DNA of 64,000 nucleotides from Pavona decussata (Eukaryota): NCBI GenBank assembly GCA_977016875.1, contig CDRNST010000038.1, positions 3,968,001 to 4,032,000 of the forward strand, read 5' to 3'. Shown piece by piece: positions 38,547 to 48,625 of this stretch (position 1 is its first letter; each line of letters starts with the position of its first letter). The notes under the pieces were generated by a model. It saw only the letters and a program-made list of their open reading frames with translations, ran no database searches and was not told where the DNA came from. The position numbers and the translations under genes were made by a program.

Positions 38547-41500
38547 ATGAAGGTAAATTTTGCTAACGCTTGTTAGGTCTAAACCAAGTTTTATTATTCA
38601 TTTTAGCCATTTTTTCATTTCTGTCCTATACACAGATCAGCGCAGCTGCAGTTATCAGTTTGGCGTTTTCATGCCTTCAACCATTTGCACTTGGAAAGGT
38701 TAGTTTTGCCCCTTTATAAGTGACATTTAGCTTCTTGGCAAACTCAGAAACAAACATAGCCCTTACTATAACTGTACGTACAAGCCACCATTGAGTTGGG
38801 CCAACTTAAATATCATCATGCAGGTCCTTAATTTAAATTCAGTCTTTCTCTCCATTAATCTGTCCAGGTTGATCGATACAAAATGGCACTGGTAGAGAAG
38901 GGAACACCATTTTCAGAGCAAATCGATGTCGATGAAGGGCAAGATGCAGAGGTTTTCCGGGTTCCGCGTCATAACGACTTTGAGGGCGCGGACTTCTATC
39001 ACGATTTTAAAATGGTAAGTGTCAAGTTAACACTGAACCAAGATAACAGTGAGTAACGAAACTGACACGGCCCAGCAATTAATTAGCGCAGATACATTAG
39101 CAGGAATCGGTGTTGAAGCCTGAAATCGTTGATTGCGTAAAATAATGACTTTTTAGTAGTCAGTGATCAACTGATTTTATCAGTTCTTCATGATACCATG
39201 AGACGACAGAACTGGCGGACAATTACCTGAAGTTGTCGTGATTGCGTGTTCGCGTGCATGTGAAATATAAGAATAAAAGATTTTTGCAATTGTTGCCTGT
39301 TGAGATAGATTGTGAGCCAGAGCCTTGTTGTGAATCACCTAAGTGGACGTAAACCCTCAATAAACCGAGATCTGTAGTGCACTTTTTGCCTTTTTGTTAT
39401 CTCGTGTGAGAAACTGCTATTGGAGGCTAGCATTTATCCACATCGGCCTTTTTTCATTACTTTTCTCTTCATTGTTATCCTAGTAGACATTAAAAAATAC
39501 GACACAACATTATAGTTTGGAAGACATGTTTCGGATACTTCAGTACTCATAGTCAGTGCAAGGATGTTTACAATTTAACAGTCTAATATCTATTCTGCTG
39601 CTACGTAAATTCGTTAATGTTATCATAGTCTAGTCTAGTGACCCCACACCATAAGGCGGTTAAGCTGCGTCTGTATCTTGTTTTATACATGTATTCGTAT
39701 ATTTAAAATGAAAAGATGTAAAATCTTGGTTGTAAAATGCAACAAAATGATTTATTTTGTTAATACATTACATTTCCTTTCTACCCCTACAGCGTCTGAC
39801 TGCTACAAGGATTCCATCTCGAAAGGTCTGCTACATTTCCGAATTGGATCCGTCTTTGCCATCTCCTGCAAAACTAAAGGCGGATCTCAATCGGGTAAAT
39901 ACTTTGATCCGGTTAATATCAAATACTTAATTACGTAAGCGTTTAAGAAAGAAAATATAAAAAGCTGAGGTTATGTAATTTTGACCATATGGGTCAGGTA
40001 GTGATTGGCAGTGACTTCCTGCAGATTCACTCGTCACAAAAACATATAAAGATCATATAATCTTTCAGACGACTACCCGGCTGTTGCTTGACCCTTGAAC
40101 ACAAAACATGCTATCTTTACAAATTAATAAGCTGTACTTACAACATTTGAATGCTGTTATATTTACGCGGAATGCCCGCAGGGCATGACGTGTCTAGGTT
40201 TCCGTCGGGTATCTTTTTTTTACGCGGGATGCCCTGAGGGGGCATACCGTGTCTAAAAACGGGTCGAATTTTTTTTTTTTTTCCTTCCTCGTAGCTACAA
40301 ATCGGTACATTAATTTATTCATTAAACTCTCCCCTCTCCTACTCGGGATGTATTGTTCTGATTGTCTTCAACAACAGCAGGCCAATCAAATCCATTCTTG
40401 TCGCTTATATCGCGAGAGAGGGGACCCACTCACCCCTACCTGTGTGACGTCAACGCATCATTTGATATATTTATTAAAGACGGATTAAATTGTCGCGCCA
40501 TATTGTTAACATGTTGTGGACTCAAGTGTGCCGTTTTCAAATGGAAATTTCACCATTTTGAAGTGGTAAATCGAAAGAATAACTTCTAAGAAGCACCCAA
40601 CATTTAAAACGGTGGAAATTGGTGAGTTCCTGGCGAAGAAATCGTGCTTTGCTTGACAGTCTTAGACCACGACGCGAGACTGAAAAGAGGTCATTGAGAA
40701 GCTTACGTTATCGTAATGGAAAATCACCAATTTCCGCAGATAGTCTGAGTCGACGCGTAACATAAGGGAAACAACGTAACGCGATCGTCGTGACTCAAAC
40801 TATTCCATTAGCAAAGATAGTTTTATCAATCGGCGAGGCATACAGTTGTAATAAATGAATCAGCCCCAGCATCACGCGTAATGCCGGTATAGCAGGCATC
40901 TTGTTTTTTCTTCGTCGTAGTCACAAATCGCCACATTAATTTATGCATTAAAATATGTCCTCCCCTGGTAGGGATGTATTGTTCTGATTGTCTTCAACAA
41001 AAGCGGCCCGATCAAAATCTGTTATCCGGGCACATATCACGAGAGAGGGGACCCACTTATCCCTTCCTGTGTGACGTCAAATCATTATTTGATTTATTCA
41101 TTAAACCTTGATTAAATTCTACCCTCTCCCAGAAGGGATTTATTGTTCTGATTGTCTTGAACAAAAACAGCCCAATCAAAATCTATTATCGGCGCGTATA
41201 TCACGAGGGAGGGGACCCACTTATCTCTACCTGTGTGACGTCAAAGCAAGTCATCATTTCGAAAAGTTGTTTTTGTTCAATGGCGGCCACATGTATGAAT
41301 TTAAGACTTTGATCTGCCGTTTTCAGAGAGAAAACAAACCTTTTTCAAGCAGTAAATCGAAATAATAACTTTTAGGTAGTACTCGACGGTGGAAATTGGG
41401 AGTGTTCACAGCAAAGAAACTCCGCTTTAAAAAACAGATCGAATGATCAACGCGAAGGATTAGAGCTAGAGGAGGCCAGACCAGTTCAGCGGGGTCATGA

Positions 41501-44032
41501 CGTTTTGCATAGTTATTTCTGGTATGATTCCTAGTAACACAACGATAAGTATCACGCAATATATCTGGATAAAACCATTCAGACAATTATTTCAATTGCC
41601 AAGGGAGGATAGTTTTCAAATATCTGCGAAACATACAATGGGGAATAATTGGGGCTACATTAAGCATTCCGTGTAATGCCATTAGAGGGGCATCTTGTTT
41701 ATTTACCATTGGCTTTACTAATTTGCTTTATTTGTTTTGCACTTCTCAGGTTTCTTCCCAGCCTGGCCAGCCCCCTGTAACAACAAAGTCTTATCTGGTG
41801 GCTGTCACTGGACCTGCCAACAGAATTCTTCTCACTAAGGAGATTTTGGACTTCTGTGGTGCCTTGCCGATTTACAATATTGAACTAATCAGAGGCGACC
41901 CAAGCGATGGAAATGGAACTGCAAGTAAGATGCAAATTTGAAGTTTTGTTTTAGTGGCATCAGACCCTTATGTAGCATGAGCTTAATTTAATGTTTGCAA
42001 TCTTGCAACTGTTCAGTTAACTGGCGTTTTATTTTTCCGACTTTGTGATTGTTCCGCAGAGGTCGCAAAAATAAGTTTGTTCCCTATCAAAATATACTCC
42101 GCCACTGAAATTTTAAATTTGTGTCAAAGCCTGTTCGAATATATGTACAACATCTGTTGATATCATCAAAAGATACATTGTAGCCACAACACAGCTCGTT
42201 CAATTTCCGTCAGCTTACAGCTCCTCCTCAAGTGTTACTGTTACTTGACACTTTATTATAAGAAGATGTACCGTGTTATTCAGTGAAAGCGGAAGTAAAA
42301 TATCAAAATTGTTTGGCAAAAAATTGTATGACACAAATTTCTTCACCAGTAATTTATTGTTTTCACGCTAGCATCTCAAAATGTTCTGGTTGTAGGCGAA
42401 GCAGGACGGCTAATCACACCAACGACAAGGCCAGAACTATTCATGACAACTGGCGTTGTAAATCAGTAGTTGTAGGTGTATGGTACGAAGAAGTTCAGTG
42501 CGTTTTTCAATCAAAAGTCATAAATTGCAGGTCATTGTTCTTTTTTGCAATGTTGACAATAGCTTGCAAAACGGAATTACCATAATAAAATTAATAGCTT
42601 TGATCGAAATTCAAACTTGTTTAAACTAGGAGGGTCTTAGGAAACATAGAAATCGCCAATTTTGTGTCCCTAAGGCTCAAAGTACAATAGGTGTATGCTA
42701 TTTAAAATGTCATAACACAAACAAAACGTTTAAACAGCCTTCCTTACGAACAAATAAGACAACAACAAAGAGTGAGGTTGATTAATGGTTATTAGGGAAA
42801 TACATTGATTCCAATATTTCGAAAGGCAAAGCATTTCTTCTTTAGGGTATTACAGGATTGACCTTAAGGAAAAATACGTTACAATTTAAAACGAGAGGGG
42901 ATTTAACGGGTTCAAGAGGAATAAGTTCCACGTCAGAAGCGTTACAGTTGTGGGAAAGAGAAAATTTTCCAAGACCATAACGCTACTGATATGCAACTTA
43001 TTTCTTTCGAATTCGTTAAATATAATCGTGACAGTGTAGTGTGCATAAACCTAGAGGGCATACTTCATCGAAAGAAGTCAAACTCTTGAACTCCTATAGG
43101 TATAAATAGGAGAGATGAGACATGAACTATTTTCCGGCGCCCTTCATCTCCCAATGTTGTGTTATTTATTCAAATTTCTTATTCCAACGTTTTTGTTTTT
43201 GTTTTTACTTTCGTTGTCAAGGTTATAACATTAGCTATTTTACTCATGCCTATTAGCAAGTGGCTTTTTCAATTTTCAAATCATACACCGCGGTTGTAAC
43301 TGTTACTTTAGTTGTTTTGCGCAAACCTTTGTTATTATGATATCAGAATTGCATCTCCTCTGAATTTTTTGCTGAAAATGTAAAGTAGTTTGTCTCAAGG
43401 TCAGCTTCTGTAATACGGCTGTGCCTTTCAAAATATTGCAATCAATAATCGCGTTTTGCAAATTAAAAACTTACTGACCAGTCTAAAGCATCGGACAAAA
43501 ATCAACCCCAGGACACTTCTAAATTTCTCAGGCAGTTTGATTGTACCGCAACATTCCACCCAACAAAGCTGCAGCTCATTTCCACCCGATATACTACTCA
43601 ATCATTCTACTTTGTAGCTGCAAATGTTTCGCAAAACAGATTTGTGGATGGACGCACTATGAATTTGAGTCGAGCGAAGTTCGACGCTAAGTGTTGTGTT
43701 GGAATGTTGTACCACTCAGGCCAGACGATAAGGTCCGTTAATTAAATTCTTGTATTAGACAAGATCCTGACTATTTTTTCTTATTTTCTACAGAATTTCA
43801 AGTGGAGCGTCAAAAGCGCTACATCGTGCAAAATTTTGGCTTATGTACAGGGAGTTTTGCTATCTTTTATCAATGCCCTCACGCAAGGTGGAACCTGGTG
43901 TGCAAAATGAGGAGTAGCTCAGGCTACTACTTCGTCATTTGCAAAAATCAGTGGCCAAGACGTATGTTCAAATGTACAAGCGTGCACATTACAAATAGCT
44001 TTCCTGTCTGCTGCGATTATGCCTGTCCTTAA
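38547..44032 (+). CDS. Secreted BRICHOS-domain precursor with C-terminal 8-Cys cationic peptide (copy 2, 243 aa)
   Basis: Exons 38547-38552, 38636-38698 (ISAAAVISLAFSCLQPFALGK), 38868-39014, 39793-39894, 41750-41924, 43794-44032 (KFQVERQKR|YIVQNFGLC..CCDYACP*); exon lengths and phases identical to copy 1; no stops or frameshifts. Confidence 0.88.
40163..41697 (+). mobile_element. Two nested Helentron-associated (HINE/DINE-1-like) non-autonomous elements
   Basis: Outer: ttacgcggaatgc (40163-40175) / gcattccgtgtaa (41664-41676) + atgcc..ggcat stem-loop + cttgttt. Inner: ttacgcgggatgc (40220-40232) / gcatcacgcgtaa (40869-40881) + atgcc..ggcat + cttgtttt. T-run insertion sites; absent from copy 1. 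Confidence 0.7.
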
Positions 44033-45952
44033 ATTAGTTTCAAAAAGCAGAAGCAGCAAGTGCTGCTCACAGCAAGAAACTAAAGGAAAGATTTGTGCTT
44101 TTATATTTTGTAGGTCTTCTCCTTAAGTTTGGCATTTATATTGTCAAGTTGTTTCAGCTGTGTATTTGTTCGCTGTAGTTTAAGGCAAGAACTTAAATTA
44201 AACTTTTGTAGACGAGTTTTAAATGCAATAAAATTGACAAAAATTACCCCACTTGCGTAATGAACTTAATGAACTACTGCAAATTTAGCTACTCAGTTTT
44301 ACAAGATTAAACTCTTTTTTTTGTTTTACCATCCCCTTGCCTTGCTAGCCAGGAGTATTGCTTTGATTGAGCTATTTTAACTGGGATAGAAAATAGTCCT
44401 ACAACCAATTTGGATCAATTTGGACCACTTGAGACATCCAAAAATACAATGCGTTATCCCGACAAAGCTTAAGGGGCTAGTCCGCTGTAGGGTTTACACG
44501 ATGGGACGAGTCGCGGGGACAAGTCCCTTGAAGGGTTTACACGCAGGAACCTGTTACACATTGAAATAGCAAAATTTAGGGCGCTTTCACTGAAATTCAG
44601 GAAAGCGTAGGGACGAAGAAGGAGCAGTGAACTCGATCTACAAAATTAACCGCAAAAAAATCGAAATACACCTACACGTCAATAAAACGGCACATTGTCG
44701 ATCTATTTATATTTACAATTTCGAAAGCGCTTTATATTTTCTCCTAGAGTTCAGTATACTACTGATCCAGAACCGAAAAATAGCAGCTATTCAAACAAGG
44801 CCTTTAATACAAACAAATTCAAGGTTTGTTCTCCAGGCGGGTTTCTTCAACAATGCAAGAATAGAAAATGAACATCAACATAGAGGGAAGAAACAAGGAA
44901 GTCAGCACAACCAAGCTATCAATCATGAAAGGCTGTAAATTGAAAAACGCACCTCTTCAAATCTCAATATCTGTTTTGAACAGAAACAACAAGTTCATCC
45001 GTGTAGCTGGAATTTCTGGTTTTCAACCACAACGGATTTAAATGAATATCCAACCAGGAACAGAGACAAGGATTAAATACAATTGGCACGTCTTTTTACT
45101 GACATGTACTTTTTGGACTGGCACTTTTAGTCAAGTGAAGGGTCACAATGGGAAACAAGGATGAGCTTGTACTGGTATGACTTTGTCGCATCACAGGTTA
45201 CCCATTCATATTGTTTGAGTTGAATTTTACGCTACTGTGGTCAAAACATAGATGCCATACAGTCCTTTATTGTGAAACGAACCTCCAAAAGACAAAAGTA
45301 GGTTTACAAAAAAATGATTTTCTGCCACACAAACCTTGCAGAAATGCAGCAAAAATGACTCTTAAAGAGGCAATAAAATTAGATATTTTTCCCACACCAA
45401 GACAAGAGACTGACCAAACAGCAGATCTAGGTTGCCTGTGGCCAAACCGGTTTGGTTTGAAAATGAAATCTTCACCGATGGATGAAGTCGTTGATCGTCG
45501 AAGCTTGGATTTTCAACATTCAATTTTAACAGTAGTTATAGGCCTCATTCGAACTTCAATATTGTTCTTTTCAAAATGCTACTAAAGGGCAGCATGCAAA
45601 ATCTATAGGATATTTTAGTCTCATATTCAAAATGATTCTTGTTAGTTTTGATCTTGGAAGCAAATTTTGCTTCCTTGAGAAATGATCGTTAACGTGCAAA
45701 CGGTTGAAACACATATACAGGCACTGAACATTGAAGTTGCAACATCGCATACACGATGTACCTTTTAAACGTCACCTCGATTCCAAGTTGTTGTTTTGCT
45801 AAAGCGGTGTACAACGTAGTCTCCCTTGCAGCCGTTTGTAGTGTTGGGGAGGAGCGTTGCGTGACGACACTAAAAACGGCTGAGAGGGAGACCACGTACA
45901 ACCAATCAGAAGGAAAAGGACAGAGTGTATGTAGCGAATACTGTTTATTACA

Positions 45953-46757
45953 ATAATTTCATCGGGCATTTCGGCGTATTTTGCGGGCTAAAATGAAGAA
46001 TTCGGCGGGCTTAAATATATTTTTAGCCCGCTACTCTGAGCCAATAAGAAAGGAGAAAATAACTTAGCCAGCCAATCAGAACTGGAAGCCATTCAACTGT
46101 TCGCGCCATTTTCTTGCTTGTTTGACTGGAAGCGCTGCCATCTGTAACGAGATTGTTTTGAGCTACAAAATCGATGAAAAACCTAACGAAGAAGCAAATT
46201 CTCAGTCGTCTGAGCTAGATGAAGAGGACTTTAATACAGAAACGCGTTGACGATGGTGGAAATAATGCCTGTAGTAGCTCCACGGCCGGAGGCGAGGTGA
46301 ATGTAACTTGTCTTCTTTGAGCGAAACCAGCTCAGTTAAGCAGTTGCACAATTAATTTTAACAGTCGTAAGATACTATTTCTTCGCTGTTTACAAAATTC
46401 TGTTATTTTCCTTTTAAAAACTTAGAAGCAACGATTCTTTTGACAAATTTTGCGGTGTTCTGCCAAAGTTTCAAGGTTTTGTGACAACGAAAGCTTTTGT
46501 ACAACAAAATAAACGCCGACGCGATTCAGGCAGCGTTCACAGAGGATATCGCGATCGCTTCCTGTACTCTCTTTGATTCCTTTTGTGAATGCCCTCTGAA
46601 ATTATTATAATAGTAATAGAGTTGATGTTCTTGGGCGTAACTATGTTTTTGGTCCTTCTCAGAACTCATTTTAGCCCTCGCCTGCGGCTCGTGCTAAAAT
46701 GATCCTGGGTCGGGCCAAAAACATAGTTACGCCTGCGAACATCAACTCTATTGTTAT
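45953..46757 (+). mobile_element. Hairpin/asymmetric-IR element
   Basis: IR ataatttcatcgggcatt (45953-45970) / aatgccctctgaaattat (46588-46605); CCAAT boxes near the left end; hairpin 46615-46752 with tip CCTGCGG. Confidence 0.65.
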
Positions 46758-47254
46758 ATTGTTTCGATTGCGTGACCGTCAATACCCCTTTGTTTTAGGT
46801 GACATATCGATAAGTTGTCGGCATTAGCTTTCCTTCCGACACGTAGAAGTTATAAGCGCATGTATAAAGGGGATTGATGGAAGGATCGTCGAATATACTA
46901 TTGTAATAGAACGGGGAAAGAGCTATGTTACGTCGTTTATTCTTTTTGTTTAGACCCCGAAATGTATAACACTTAATCGAAAGCAGAGTCGTTACGCTTA
47001 AGATTATCGATGTTGTTTAGATTTATGTATAGAGTGTCGTGAAGGGGGGGATTTCCCAGCCCATTTTTTTTTCCAATTCACAGAAAATCCCAATGTTATA
47101 CATACCAGCTCTTTTCTCTTCGCAGCCACAAAATTACGGCTTCTAAATACGACCCAACACTAAGTTCAATTCACCAAGAAAATTCATTCCAGTTCTATGG
47201 AAAGTACTGCCTACAAACCCATGGTACAGCCATGGGTACAAAAATAGCAGTCGC

Positions 47255-48625
47255 CTTTCCCAATAGTTCATGGTTAAGGCTGAAACAGAGATTTTAAACC
47301 AAAGTGCATTAAAACCACTCATTTGAAAACGATATATAGACGACATACTTTCCCTCTGGACTTTAAACAGACAGGAGATAATGCAGTTCATTGAGCAAGC
47401 AAACAAACACCACCCTGCAATTAAATTTACGGCTGAAATTTCAGAAACAGAAGCGACGTTTCTGGATACAAACATTTATAAAGGCGAAAGATTCAGAAGC
47501 CATTCAGTTCCTGACGTGCGTACGCACTTCAAATCTACTGAAACATTTCAGGATACGCACTTCCCTACGTGCCACCCACCAGAGGTCAAAAAAGGCTTCA
47601 TCATAGGCGAGGCTCTGAGACTTCTCAGAACAAACTCTTCTAAAAATATATTTGAAGCGCAAAATAATTTTTAATCTTAAATTATGTCTACGGGAGACAG
47701 ATTATCCCGAGAACCTTGTTCAAAGGACCCTCTCAGAAGTGAAATTTGGAAACAGGAAACTAGCACTCTTTCAAAAACAAAGGAGAACAAACGAATTTTG
47801 CCTTTCGTTACCCAATTCTTGGTTTTCACGTGACGTCACCAAATTCTAGAATTCAAAACTGGGAGGGCTACAAAATTTTTACCTTCATTCAAGGAAAGAT
47901 TACCTAAAAATATGTCTGTTCACAATTTCTTAGCTCGATGTCGCGCTTCCTTTTGAAAATAGAACAGTTTCAATTTCCGAGTTTCCATTCTGCGTGACAT
48001 CAGGAGGACGGCCGTGGCAGAGCTTTTCCGTATCTTAAAAATGACTCTTCGGGTGATTTTCAGCATTCTAAACAATTTGAGTTTGAGGAGAAATATTAAT
48101 CTGAACATTCGAAAATTCACAAGGGCAAACGAACATCTTTTCTGGCAAAAGTGAACTCCAGATGTTTTTTCCTATTTCCGGCCGCCATGTTTGTGCCCCT
48201 CAGAGGGACACACTGACATGGCGTCTCCATACTAAGCTCTATAAATTTATGTGGAACATTTTGTCAAATAACTCAAATACGGAATGCTGCACAAACCTGA
48301 CACTTGGACAGATGCCTTATTTATTTATCCTCTATACCATGTCAATTTCTTGACTTCATTCATGGAATGGTTTTGATTTCTTTTTTCAATGGCGTGACAG
48401 TGAAAACCGAGAATAACACCCAGCAGTGCCAAAATGAAAACAAATCCTCATGAAGGCCTGGAATTTAATAGAGAAACAATCATTGCTCAAAGAAATCTAC
48501 AAAGACCCGCCCCTCATACGTTACAAAAGAGGGCGGTAAATCAGAGATATATTCGTGAGAGCCAAATTATAAAAAAGGAGTAAACATGCGCTGGGGAGTC
48601 GTGCAGGCCTGTCACTCTTGTACAG
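47255..48625 (+). mobile_element. Penelope-like retroelement RT fragment, interrupted
   Basis: KRYIDDI, FIEQANKHHPAIKFTAEIS..ATFLDT, CHPP.VKKGFI.GEALRLLRTNSS; resumes after the insertion with HPAVP..LLKEIYKDPPLI.YKRG..RDIFVRAKL. Confidence 0.85.
47816..48413. mobile_element. MITE inserted in the Penelope fragment
   Basis: TIRs ttcttggttttcac / gtgaaaaccgagaa split the PFVTQ-HPAVP coding sequence. Confidence 0.75.

Larger units (their letters stand above)
37270..44883 (+). repeat. Segmental duplication unit B (BRICHOS gene 2 with flanks)
   Basis: Colinear with 23893-34220. Confidence 0.9.

Noticed and set aside
23893-44883. The two BRICHOS genes as an uncollapsed-haplotype artefact
   Set aside because: No gap lies between them, each has several private TE insertions, and the mature peptides differ by ~39%; true paralogs are more likely, though long reads should confirm.
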